Shown in pieces: positions 28,045-42,805 of a stretch of 64,000 nucleotides of DNA. Made by a program: the position numbers and the translations under genes. The notes under the pieces are model-generated. The model was not told the origin of the DNA. It made no database searches and saw only the letters and a list, made by a program, of their open reading frames with translations. Position 1 is the stretch's first letter; every line of letters begins with the position of its first letter. This DNA is from Octopus vulgaris (Eukaryota), in the NCBI GenBank assembly GCA_951406725.2, contig OX597833.1, positions 48,422,001-48,486,000 of the forward strand, read 5' to 3'.

Positions 28045-28816
28045 GTGTGTTTCATTCTATGAAAAATAATGCTGTTGTTGTGTTTATTATGTGAGCTAGG
28101 CTTTGAAAATATTATCATTATAAGCTCTTTCATAGTGTTACTTATAAATAAAAGTTACACCTGAAAGTAAAAGACAATTTTATATAATCGTTTACACTGA
28201 TGACATGGTTTGCGAATAATTCAAAGTCATACATTTCAAAAATCATCCCTTCTGCTATTACTACCTCCACCATCATCATTGCTTTCACCATCACTACTGC
28301 TATTAGATACAATGGTAGGAGAGACAGCCACTGTTATCGTCGTCATCATCATCATCATCATCATCATCATTATTGTCATTGTTGTCGTCATCGTCATCAC
28401 CACCACCACCACCACCACCATCACCACCACCATCATCATCACCTTTATCATCATTCTTACAATCATATTACTACCATTATATTTGATGTCAATTTTTCTA
28501 AACAATCTCTCCTTTTTTAAACAGTCTAGAACCATTAGAGATCTCTTCTAAACATTTCCTCAACTATACCCAGTGCAGCAGGCGTTTTCGTTACAAACTA
28601 AGAAATATTTAATACCCAAGCAACTCTTAAATATATATATATATATATGTTTGTTCCTCCTTGAGCCATGCCTGGCTCACAAGGGCTGGTTTCCCAGTTT
28701 CCTTGGCTTATAGGTTCCCCATCTGTCAGTTTTTCGAAATCAGTGGCAGACGCCACTAGAAAAACTCTTATATATTTACAAGGAAGCCTTCACTTTCGTC
28801 GCATCCTGGTGGTTAC

Positions 28817-28859
28817 CGCCCGTTGACAAGGGACAAAAATCCCGAAACTAATCCGAGCG
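28817..28859 (+). ncRNA. Hammerhead motif, homologous second copy (slightly decayed)
   Basis: CGCCCG-TTGACAA-GGGA(caaaaa)TCCC-GAAA-CTAA-TC-CGAGCG. Confidence 0.6.
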
Positions 28860-31692
28860 TATCACTCAGGCTTGCGAGGAAGGGATGGCCTCCCTTTGCA
28901 AATACTTCAAGGGCACTGATATGGTGTCTAAAGCCAGCTAGAGACGACGATCTCTTGGGGCTATAAAGCTACAGTAACACCCCCTCCCCTATGTGGTTAG
29001 CCATGATAAGATGGCTTCTATACTTTACATTATCGAGCGATTACTGTTTCAATCTCATTCTGAGATTTAATTATGCCTATATATATATATATATTTGAAA
29101 AAAGAAAAAGTATGACTTCACTGGCAGTTCTAATCAGTTTAATTTATTAGTTTTTCAGTTTTTAATAATATAAATTTTAGTTCATATATATATATATATA
29201 TATGCATAACTGGTACTTATTTAATCAACCTCAAAAGGATGAAAGGAAAAGTCGACCCTGTTGGAATTTGAACTCAGAATGAAATACCACTAAGCATTTC
29301 ACCTAGCGTACTAACAATACTCCAGGCTTGCCCCTTTTTCCTCTTAACAAATAACAGCCTTCACTCAACATCCATGTGAATACCTTTTCAATTAGTTTCT
29401 GCTTAGTATAATGTTCTCTTTCAAAACCACAATTTTTTCTAAACAGCCTCTCTTTTTCTAAACAATCTGTCCTTTTCTAAACAGTCTAGAGCTCTTCTAA
29501 ATATTTCCTCAGCTACACTCAGTACAAAAAGCATTTTCTGTAAAACTAAAAAAATATTTTATCCCTAAGTAACTCTTAAGTATATACCATACAATATATT
29601 GGTTTCAAATTTTGGCACAAAGCCAGCAGTTTCAGAGAAATTTCTTAGAAGGAGAACAGGTGATTATATGAACCCCAATTCATGACAGATATTTCATTTG
29701 ATTAACCCTGTAGGGATAAAAGGTAAAACGACCCAATTGGGATTTGAACTCAGACTGAAAAAAGATTCAGAACAAATATCATAAAGTCATTTGATGTTCT
29801 AATAATTTGGACAACCCACCATGCTACCCTTATTAAATAATAAATTATGACTAATCTATGGTTTAATCTTGTACACGTAACTCATTTTGGCCAACGGCTT
29901 TTATTTTCAGTAATTGAATATTCAGCAGAAAAAGTAATGTCAAAACATGCTGCTTATCAATTATTTTTCTTTAACAATCACACAACCTCTCTGTTTTCCT
30001 GTTGTCTAATTCCTGAACTCTTAGTGATATATTTCCTGTTGTACATCTTTCACGAGGTTCACAAATTATATCCTGTTTCCATAACATTTAAACTACAAAC
30101 TTACATTGTCTTACAGGAAATAAACGTATACTAATTTAAATTGACTATTTACTGATTAGAATCCTGGTTAGCATAATTTATTACCAACATAATTTATTAT
30201 CAACATTGGAGAACATTGCCTTCTCAATATATTCAATACTCCTCACTCGATACAGTCAATGAGGAGGGGAACCCCTTCGGTCATGAATGACAATGGGATT
30301 GCACTTAGAAAGTTACCCTCCGAGGCACAAGTCCGGGCAAGGTTGTTTTATGGAAGACCAGCAGTCGTCCATGCATACCAGCCTCCCCTCTCCACACCAC
30401 TGATGTTATCCAGGGGAAAGGCAAAGGCCGATACAGCTTGGCACCAGTGATGTCGCAACTCATTTCTACAGCTGAGTGAACTGGAGCAACGTGAAATAAA
30501 GTGTCTTGCTCAAGAACAGAACACGCAACCCGGTCCGGGAATCGAACTCACAACCTCACAATCGTAAGCTCGATGCTCTACCCTCTGAGCCATGTGCCTT
30601 CACTTACAGTTCAATACAATTTATAATTCAACACTGCAGTGGCACAGAAGCAATTGTAATAAAAATTAAAGTTCAGCTAAATTCATTCTCTAACTTCTTG
30701 TTTTATATGTTACATTTTTATCTTTTATCTTTTACTTGCTTCAGTCATTAGACAAGGGGTTGGCAAATCAGGGTCAATTACCCCAAGTGGGGTAACAAAA
30801 ATAAGTAAAATTATATAAGAAATGTGTTCCTTGTTACATCATGCCATTTTGAACTACAAACAATTTGGTTGCTATGGTGTTGTCAAGTGACTAAACAGAT
30901 ATTATTTGTCAATTATTTCTTTGGCTTAGTGGTTATGGTGTCAGCATCATGATCGTAAGATTGTGGTTTCAATTCCTGGACTGGGCGACACGCTGTGTTC
31001 TTGAGCAAAACACTTCATTTCACATTGCTCCAGTTCACTCAGCTGGCAAAAATGAGTAACGTTGCGATGGACTGGTGTCCCGTCCAGATGGGGACACATA
31101 CGCCATAGAGACCGGGAAACTGGGCCCATGAGCCTGGTTAGGCTTTAAAAAGGGCACATTTGGTAGACGGAAACTGAAAGAAGCCCATCCTATATATATA
31201 TATATTTGTGTGTGTTTTTGTGTGTCTGTGTTTGTTCCCCCAACATCGCTTGACAACTGATGCTGGTGTGTTTACGTCCCCGTAACTTAGCGGTTCGGCA
31301 AAAGAGACCAATAGTATAAGTACTGGACTTACAAAGAATAAGTCCTGGGGATCGATTTCCTCGACTAAAGGCGGGGCTCCAGCATGGCCGCAGTCAAATG
31401 ACTGAAACAAGTAAAAGAGTAAAAGAGTAATCAATCACACAACCATGCCTAGAAGAAATTACTTGTGAAATTGTATTATTGATAAGTCAAACATCAGACT
31501 AGATAATTTACAATAGTTATTTTTCTTTATCCATGTTACATGTTCATTTGATACTCCTATCTACTTAAGCAATTTAACCATTTATAAATCTAGGGCCATT
31601 AAAGTATGCACTTGGGATTAATCTAGTCAATTATATTTCTACTTTACAAAATTGGACTTGTTTCTGTTTTAAAGAAGAAATCCCTGTTTCAG

Positions 31693-31869
31693 GTACTTGC
31701 AGAAAGTGAACAAATGCGGAGGGAAGCCGATGATATTGGTCCACGAGCTGAACTGGAGCACTGGAAACGACGCATGTCTAAATTCAATTATTTGTTAGAT
31801 CAGATCAAAGGTGAAGAAGTGCGAACTGTTCTATGTATACTCCAAGTGGCCAAATCAAAATTCTTAAAG
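31693..31869 (+). CDS. DNAH5: DNAH5-like exon F (DHC_N1 region), phase 0/0
   Basis: tttcag|GTA...AAG|gtaaaa. Encodes [39 protein letters not shown]...AKSKFLK. Confidence 0.96.
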
Positions 31870-31914
31870 GTAAAATTATTCAACATTTTCATATGTATTT
31901 TAGTTATTTTATCT

Positions 31915-32420
31915 TTTCCCTTCTTAGTCTTAATTTCAAAGTACCTCATTCAAATATTTACCTGTAAACACCTTCTTTGCCTTAATTTTGAAGCCCTTCA
32001 GTTAAACATTTACTTGTTAACATCTGAGCTTTACTTTTGAAAGTACTCCAATCAAATATGCATCTGTTAACACCTTTGTCTTTATTTGAAATTCTTTGTT
32101 CAAATATTTGTTTTTTAACACTTCTTAACCTTAATTCTAAAGTTTTTTATTCAATTATTTACCTGTAAACACCTTCTTTGCCTTAGTTTTAAAGTCCTTC
32201 AGTTAAATATTTACTTAACATCTGAGCTTTAATTTTCAAAGTACTCTTTTATCTGTTAATGCCTTTATAATCTTTATTCTAAATCCTTTGTTCAAATATT
32301 TGTTGTAATTGCCTTCTTTACCTTAATTTTAAAGCCTCCTTATTCAAATATTTACCTGTTAACCCCTTCTTTGCCTTAATTTTAAAGTATGCTAGTCAAA
32401 TATTTACCAGTGAACATCTT
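31915..32420. repeat. Degenerate minisatellite, unit about 45-55 bp
   Basis: Recurring TTCAAATATTTACCTGT(A/T)AACACCTTCTTTGCCTTAATTTT. Confidence 0.8.
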
Positions 32421-32795
32421 ACAATGAAATCATTTCATTTCTTACACATTTCAGAAATACATTTTAAACACTGCTGTGTAAAATTACAGCACAACAGCTG
32501 TATCAACCCATCAGCAGTTAACTTAGAACTGGTGTAATGTAATGTACTGAGATCTAAACTAAATGGTTATGTCCTGTCACTAGCAGAGCTAGAGTGTGTG
32601 CCACCTGGGGCAGCCCTTCTATTTGCCACCCCCAGACCCCACAACAAAACACATTGTCTACAGCAATAGCCTACAAAGGGGTGGCACTTTGATGAAAAGT
32701 GCCACCCCTTTAAAAGTGCTGCCTGGGTCAGACTGCCCATACTGCCCTGACCCCAGCCATGTTAACGTATCCTGCTCAATACAAAGCACATAATA

Positions 32796-33030
32796 CCTAT
32801 TTCTTTACTACCCACAAGGGGTTACACACAGAGGGGACAAACAAAGACAGACAAAGGGATTAAGCTGATTACATCGATCCCAGTGCGTAACTAGTACTTA
32901 ATTTATCGACCCCGAAAGGATGAAAGGCAAAGTCGACCTTGGCAGAATTTGAACTCAGAATGTAACGGCAGACAAAATATCACTAAGCATTTTACCTGGC
33001 GTGCTAACGTTTCTGCCAGCTCGCTGCCTT
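32796..33030 (-). mobile_element. SINE family B
   Basis: TSD CAAAGCACATAATAC on both sides. Confidence 0.85.
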
Positions 33031-34229
33031 CAAAGCACATAATACCAAAGGATATAACCTTATAGATCATATCATCATCATCATCATCATCATCATTTAG
33101 CTTCCCATGCTAGCATGGGTTGGACGGTTCAACTGGGGTCTGTGAAGCTGGAAGGCTTCGTCAGGCCCAGTCAGATCTGGCAGTGTTTCTACGGCTGGAT
33201 GCCCTTCCTAACGCCAACCACTCCATGAGTGTAGTGGGTGCTTTTTACGTGATTGTTGCTGTTGTTATTTAGGTCCATATCAGCCTTGAACAAGCAGACT
33301 TATCTCCAAAGTGATTCCAGTCATGACCATCTGTTTTTTTCCAGGTGCAAATACCTAAACTACATTATCAAGTACCTTCTTTTCTGGAAAGAATTAAAAA
33401 AAATACAAAACAAAAACAAATGGTATGGCATATATTGAGGTAGATTTAGCTGTTATTTCTAGTAGCTCAAGCCATCACACTGAGGTTTCTTTGAGTTCAT
33501 TTATTTGAGACATATAATATAAGCAGTGAAGGCACGTGACTTAGTGGTTAGGGTATTCAGTTCACGATCACAAGATCACAAGTTCAATTCCCAATGATGC
33601 TTTGTATCCTTTCGCAAGACACTTTATTTCACATTGCTCCAGTCACTCAGCTGGTAAAAATGAGTAGGACCTGTATTTCAAAGGACCAGTCCTGTCACAT
33701 TTTGTATCATGCTGAATCTTCTTGAGAACTACATTTTTGTTGTTGTTGTTAAGCAACAAGACGGGTAAGGGTGATTAGGTGATGGTCTAGAGCTTAGGGG
33801 CGGGAGATCCCCAGACCTTGGAAAAAAAAAAACTTTGGGTCGTCTTGTTGTAGTCGAGGGATCTTCGTTGATGCCTGACACCACTGGGAGGTGGCCCTCG
33901 AGTTGCTGGAAATGGAGATCTCCAGGTCCAAATTCTTGAACGGCAGAATTACATTAAGGGTACACGTGTCTGTAGAGGGCTCAGTCACTTGCATGTTAAT
34001 TCCACGAGCAGGCTGTTCCATTGATTGGAACTGGAACCCTTGTCATAATAACCAACAGAGTACCAAATCGGAATAATATAACCAATTTACTATTTATAAA
34101 AATGTATTAATTAGGAAACTCACTATTATATAATTAAACAGAACAGTATTTTAAAATAGATTGAATTCAAGTGGGATTTTTATGTAATTATTTCGATTAA
34201 ATAAATTTAAACAAACTATAATATTTCAG

Positions 34230-34343
34230 ATTTGGCAGGAACTTGATCGTAAAATCACAGATGCTGCCAATGAAGCTCGGGACAATGTTAAATTTTTATA
34301 TACTTTAGAGAAATTCTGTGACCCTCTCTACAATAGCAATCCA
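34230..34343 (+). CDS. DNAH5: DNAH5-like exon G, phase 0/0
   Basis: tttcag|ATT...CCA|gtaagt. Encodes [38 protein letters not shown]. Confidence 0.96.
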
Positions 34344-34410
34344 GTAAGTAAGACCATATTTGATTCCCATTTTATTATGTTTTTGGAGTTTACTGAACAT
34401 ATTTCTAGAC

Positions 34411-34449
<39 letters not shown>

Positions 34450-35634
34450 AATATTAGGGAATGAATCCAAAATTACAGGGAAAAATCAGATTTAGGGTTA
34501 AATCCAATTTTATAGTAAAATATTATATAATATAATTCGAGACAAAACCACTATTTTAAAACCAAACAAGGAAAGACTTAATCAATACATAAAATTTTAA
34601 TATAAATTAAATTAAATAAATATTAAAATTTTATGTATTGATTAAGTCTTTCCTTGTTTGGTTTTAAAATAGTGGTTTTGTCTCGAATTATATTATATAT
34701 ATATATATATATATATATTGGAAGGTTTGGAGATGATGTACAGGTATTATATATTAGAAGAAATGAGGTAATCAGAAGAATGAGGTTTGTATTTATGGAT
34801 ATTTATTTATATATTACATTTTTTACATATATATCATATATATCATATCACTTAGTTCATTAGCGCTTTCTCCCATTCTAGTAAAGTTTTCAAATGAAAA
34901 TAAGTTCCTTTGCTAGGGATTTTAATCATTTTATAGTTTCTGGTTGTGGTGGGGAGGAATGTAAGACAGTACAAGAGGGTGAGGTGAATGAGGAGAAAGT
35001 GAGAGGGAGAACATGTGTGTATGTGTGTGTGTGTGCATGTGCGTGTGTGTGTGTTTGTTTGTATCTGAGGTGATAGCTAAAGAGAAAGAGGGGAAGGGAG
35101 AGGGAAGAAGAAGGAAAGTTTTTTGATCTGCTGAACAGGATATTGACTACAAGGGGTTTCTAAGAATTTCAGTTTTGACCACTTCACAGTGTCATTGTCT
35201 TTTTGGGTTTTTGGGATGGTCAAATGTCTTTTTGGGTTTTTAAGAATTCTTATCACTTTGTATAATCGTTTTGTGGAGGTGTGTGTGTGTGTGTGTCTGT
35301 GTGTGTGTGTGACAGTTAAAAAGTACAGATGAAGTAAATTATAAAAATAATATAATGTATATAACAGGCAATATATATATATACACACACACATATATAT
35401 ACATATACAGACGTATACTAAATGTTCTACTATATTAGATTGTAAATCGAAAGTTGTGTCCTTCAATGTCACTATATATATATACATGCTTACACATGAA
35501 ATATTATATATGATATATATATATGTATATAGTCAACACAACTTATTTTCAATTCCTCCTTCCTCCTTTTTTTTATTATATATATAAATAAATATATATA
35601 TATAAATATCAACACAACTTTTTATTTCCTCCCT

Positions 35635-37928
<2,294 letters not shown>

Positions 37929-38439
37929 TTAAATTAGAGATAAAACCTCTATTAGGCAAATCAAACAGTGAAAAACATAAACCAAAACATAAAAATAATT
38001 AATATAATATACAAAATATATAAAATATATAATTAAAAAATTTAAATTATTTAAAAATAAAATTATTAATTTATATTTATAAATTTTTATTTTATTTTAT
38101 TTTATCTATTTATTTATTTTATTAAATATATATAACTATCAAAAAGTATTAAAAAGTTTAATATAAGATAAAAAGTAAAGACAAATATATATATATAAAT
38201 ATATATATATAAAAATATATATATATAATATTTCAATAGGTGAATGAATTATCCTATGTTTATCGTCAGCATGGAAAATTCGTTGAGCCGATACCAGGGT
38301 AGCAAATTCTCGTCAGAAACACGGTTGAAGCGACCTGTCCAAGTGTAGAAACTCTGGGTTCGTTTGCAGAAATTTGTGTGTTATATATGAATAAATGAAA
38401 GAATGGAGTCGAACGAAGATGTTAACAAAATTCCTTTAC

Positions 38440-38519
38440 TCTCGACATATGTTTCGAAGACCACATGGTTTCATTCCAAAGGAATAAAGGGTGTATGATG
38501 CAATCTTCTCATCAGGAAA
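38440..38519 (-). ncRNA. Type-I hammerhead ribozyme motif, canonical core
   Basis: Reverse strand: TTTC-CTGATGA-GAAGA(long loop)TCTTC-GAAA-CATATG-TC-GAGA; palindromic stem III, GUC site. Confidence 0.72.
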
Positions 38520-38887
38520 GAAAGGGAGCCTCCCTCGGCAACAAGACAAACAAAAATTTCGATGACTGCCTACATGGTAAACACAACGACATTGTCGTTG
38601 TGTTTACCATGTAGGCAGTCATCGAAATGATGAGAAGATTGCATCATACACCCTTTATTCCTTTGGAATGAAACCATGTGGTCTTCGAAACATGTCGAGA
38701 GTAAAGGAATTTTGTTAACATCTTTGTTCGACTCCATTCTTTTATTTATTTATATATATATATGTGAAACTAAGAGTAACAAGTTTTGTTGAATTTCTGC
38801 TGCTTTTAAATAAAGCATATTACTCTATCCCTGGTATTTGAGTACTCTTTTTTTCCACCTTGTTTCACATTTATGTGTTTACTCTGG

Positions 38888-38958
<71 letters not shown>

Positions 38959-39111
38959 GTATGTATATATACGCCTATTTATATATATACATACACACAC
39001 ACATAAATGCACTCATCCCACAACACACACACACACACATCTGTTTCCAGATACCAGATATAACTGTGAATTATCACGTCTAATATTGAATGATGACTCA
39101 TTTTCTTTCAG

Positions 39112-39219
39112 GTTGGTATGCTGGCTGGAATTGCAGGTCTAATCAATGGCATCCGCATGATACATAGCATTTCTCGCTATTACAACACATCAGAGAGAAT
39201 GACATCTCTTTTTGTAAAA
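39112..39219 (+). CDS. DNAH5: DNAH5-like exon H, phase 0/0
   Basis: tttcag|GTT...AAA|gtaagt. Encodes [36 protein letters not shown]. Confidence 0.96.
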
Positions 39220-39280
39220 GTAAGTAGGTGATCGCAGCCAGTTTTCTAATAATTTATTATTGCAAGTTTGCTTTCATTTG

Positions 39281-39770
39281 TGGAGGCGCATGGCTTAGTG
39301 GTTAGGGTGTCAGCACCATGATCGTAAGATTGTGGTTTCGATTCCTGGACCAGGCGACGCGTTGTGTTCTTGAGCAAAACACTTCATTTCACATTGCTCC
39401 AGTCCACTCAGCTGGCAGAAATGAGTAACACTGCGATGGACTGGCTGGGGAACACATGTGCCATAGAAACCGGGAAACCGGACCCATGAGCCTGGCTAGG
39501 CTTTGAAAGGACGCATTTATTTGTGAAGGTGCATGACTTAGTGGTTAGGGTGTCAGCATCATGATCATAAGATTGTGGTTTCGATTCCTGGACCAGGCAA
39601 TGCATTGTGTTCTTGAGCAAAACACTTCATTTCACGTTGCTCCAGTCCACTCAGCTGGCAAAAATGAGTAATCCTGCGAAGGACTGGCATCCCGTCCAGC
39701 TGGGAACACATACGCCATAGAAACTGGGAAACTGGCTTTAAAAGGGCACATTTATTATTTATTTATTTTA
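39281..39770 (+). mobile_element. Tandem dimer of tRNA-derived SINE family D
   Basis: GGCTTAGTGGTTAG (A box), GGTTTCGATTCC (B box), TGCGATGGACTGG (V-domain-like); TSD CTTTCATTTG. Relatives at about 23635, 30250-30602 (-), 30922, 33528 and 58873. Confidence 0.8.
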
Positions 39771-41094
39771 CTTTCATTTGGTTTCACTGAAGAAATGACA
39801 AAGAACCGGGAGATGTGGTGATTTGCTGTACTTGATAAGGCACGTCAAGCTAAGCAAAATCACTCCCTTCCACACATATGGTGCTAGTGCCACGTAAAAA
39901 GCACCCGACACACTCTGCTAACTGGATGGTATTAGGAAGAGCATCCAGCCATAGAAACCATGTCACAGTTGGAATTTGGACAGCTCCCTGCTAGCCAACT
40001 CCAGCTCTATGTCAAACTGTCCAAACCATGATGATGAAGATGATATTTTTAAAATTTTGTTTATGCACCCTGGTGTGTGTGTGTGTGCATGTGTGTGTTT
40101 GTGTGTGTGTGTTGGTTTGTGAGTGAGAGGGTGTGTGTGTGCGCGCATGCACGCATGTGTGCACGCATGCACGCATGTGTGCACGTGTAAGCGTGTGTGT
40201 GCACACGTGCGCACATGCATGTGTGTGTGAGTGTGAGTGAGTGAGTGTGTGAGTGAGAGAGTGTGTGTGTGAGAGAGTGTGTGTGTGTGTGAGTGAGTGT
40301 GTGACAGTGATTGTGTGTGTGTGTGTGTGCGCGTGCATGCATGTGTGTGTGTTTGTGTGCATGTGTGTGTGTGTGTGTGCATGCGTGCACGTGTGTTCAC
40401 GTTGATGAATTAAATTTGATTGGGTGGGAATGTTTTAAAATGATTTAGTCTCATCACAAAGAAATTCCTGTAAACTGGATGAAAAATATGATAAAGCGTG
40501 TCTAGCAGCCACAACACAGTGATCTTCAAACTAATCACTGCCTTCATTATCTAAATCTAATGTTCCCTTGTGTTTGCACGGTCGATCATATTAGCATTAT
40601 GTGTAGAACCTCAAATAATGTAAAGTTAACAAAAAGTTCATTCATAGTCACAGCCAGAGCACGTTTTGCAGGAGCAAGCACCGAAAGGTGAAGATGCATG
40701 GCTTTGTGGTTAGGGTGCCGCACTCATGATCGCAAGACAATGGTTTTGATTCCTGGACCTTTTGGTCAATTGTGTTCTTTTAGCAAAACACTCCATTTCA
40801 CATTCCTTCTGTTTACAATCAGCTGTAAAACGATTGTATGTCAGGGAAACTGTGTAACAGCATCTATGAGTCCTAGGACTTGAGAAAGTAATGGTCCAGA
40901 GGTTGTTGATGACGATGATGATGATAGTGGTGGTGGTGGTGGTAGTGGCGCTGGTGGTGATCATGATAGTGTGGTGGTGGTGATAATGGTGATGAAGATG
41001 ATGATGGTAGTAGTGGTGGTGGTGGTGGTAGTAATGATGATGACAACAACAATGATGATGATGATGATGATGATGATGACAGTGCTGGTAGTGG

Positions 41095-41125
<31 letters not shown>

Positions 41126-41557
41126 GATGACGAGGGCTGGTGAACCAGATGGCTGCACCAGGCTCCATTCTTGATTTGGCAGAGTTTCTACAGCTGGATG
41201 CCCTCCCTTACGCAATGATGATGATGATGATGATATATATATATATATATACTTGAAACTAACTCTTATAGCATATCCATACATACATTATATGTATATA
41301 GTGAATCTTGCATGCATGAAGTGGATTCGATCCACCATAGCCAAATTTAAATTAACACTGCAACAGAACTTTTTTTAACAATACCCTTCCTAATGCCAAC
41401 CATTTTTACAGAGTGTGCTGGGTGCTTTTCATGTGCCACCAGCACAGGTGTATTTTCATGATGTCAAGAATTCAAGAGAACATCTTATTTGTTCACCTTT
41501 AGTATGTACATCTGAACCTCTGAAATTAAAGTTTTATCTTTCCTTTTCACCTCTCAG

Positions 41558-41867
41558 GTAACCAATCAAATGATAACTGCTTCTAAAGCATACATTACCT
41601 GCGATGGAAGTGAGACGGTATGGACGCAGCCCACTGATTTATTGATGAAGAAACTACACGATTGTATCATGCTTAATGATACTTACCAAAAATGTTTCCA
41701 ACAGACCAAAGAAAAGCTGGAGAAACTGCCACACGAGAGACAGTTTGACTTCTCGGGGATGTACATATTTGGGAAATTTGACACATTCGTAAGGAGGCTT
41801 AGAAAAATTATCGAAATGTTTGAAACCATTGAACGTTATTCTAATCTGTCGACATCTAAAATTGAAG
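41558..41867 (+). CDS. DNAH5: DNAH5-like exon I, phase 0/1
   Basis: tctcag|GTA...GAAG|gtaaac. Encodes VTNQMITASKAYIT...QFDFSGMYIFGKFDTF...SKIE. Confidence 0.96.
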
Positions 41868-41939
41868 GTAAACTAATCAGTTGTTACTTCGAAAATGGTA
41901 ATTATTAAAGGATAACAAAACATTTCCTATGTTTCCATA

Positions 41940-42560
41940 GGTGAGGTATGGCTGTATGGTAAGAAGCTTCCTTCACAGACACACGGTTCTGGGTTCAGTC
42001 CCACTGCATGGTAACTTGAGCAAGTATCTTCTACTATAGTCTTGGGCCAGCCAAGGCTTGTGAGAGGATTTCATAGACAGAAACTGAAAGAAGGCAGAAT
42101 CGTTAGCACGCTGGGCGAAATGCTTTGTGGTATTTCGTCTGCTGCTGCGTTCTGAGTTCAAATTCCGTCGAGGTTGACTTTGCCTTTCATCCTTTCGGGG
42201 TCGATTAAATAAGTACCAGTCATGCACTGGGGTCAATGTAATCAACTTAATCCCTTTGTCTGTCCTTGTTTGTCCCTTGTCGGCAATAAAAAAAAAAGAA
42301 ACTGAAAGAAGCCCATTGTGTGTGTATTTGTCTCCCACCACCACCTGACAGCTGATGTTGGTGCATTTACATCCCTGTAACCTAGCAGTTCGGCAAAAAG
42401 AGACCAATAGGATAAGTACCAGGCTTAACAAAATGAAGAAATATAAAATAAAAAAAGTACTAGGGTTGATTAATTTAACTAAAAATAAAAAAAAAAATTC
42501 TTCAAGGTGGTGATCCAGCATGGCCATAGTTTAATGACTGAAGCAAGTAAGCGAAAGAAG
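41940..42560 (+). mobile_element. SINE family A with nested family B (about 42092-42290)
   Basis: AGAAACTGAAAGAAG is duplicated around the B insert. Confidence 0.75.
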
Positions 42561-42805
42561 ATAAAAAAAATATATGTTGCCCTCAGTTTAGTCTCCCCAA
42601 CTCCTTGTTGACACCAGCATCTGTCTATAGAACAAAATGGCTGGTGATAATGTAATAGTTAACATTTGTATTTATGTATTTATCTGACACAAGTATAACA
42701 GAATAAATTGTATTTTTAATAATCAAAAATTGTCAGTAGTTAATGTTCACTTTGGTTCAAGGCTAGTAATTTTGAGGGGAGGGGACGTGTGACTGTTTAA
42801 TTTAA

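Noticed and set aside
38230-38315. Two CTGACGA motifs on the minus strand as hammerheads
   Set aside because: Stems I and III could not be closed convincingly.
39282-39355. tRNA genes
   Set aside because: The A/B-box heads continue into SINE bodies, and no clean cloverleaf with a terminator is seen.
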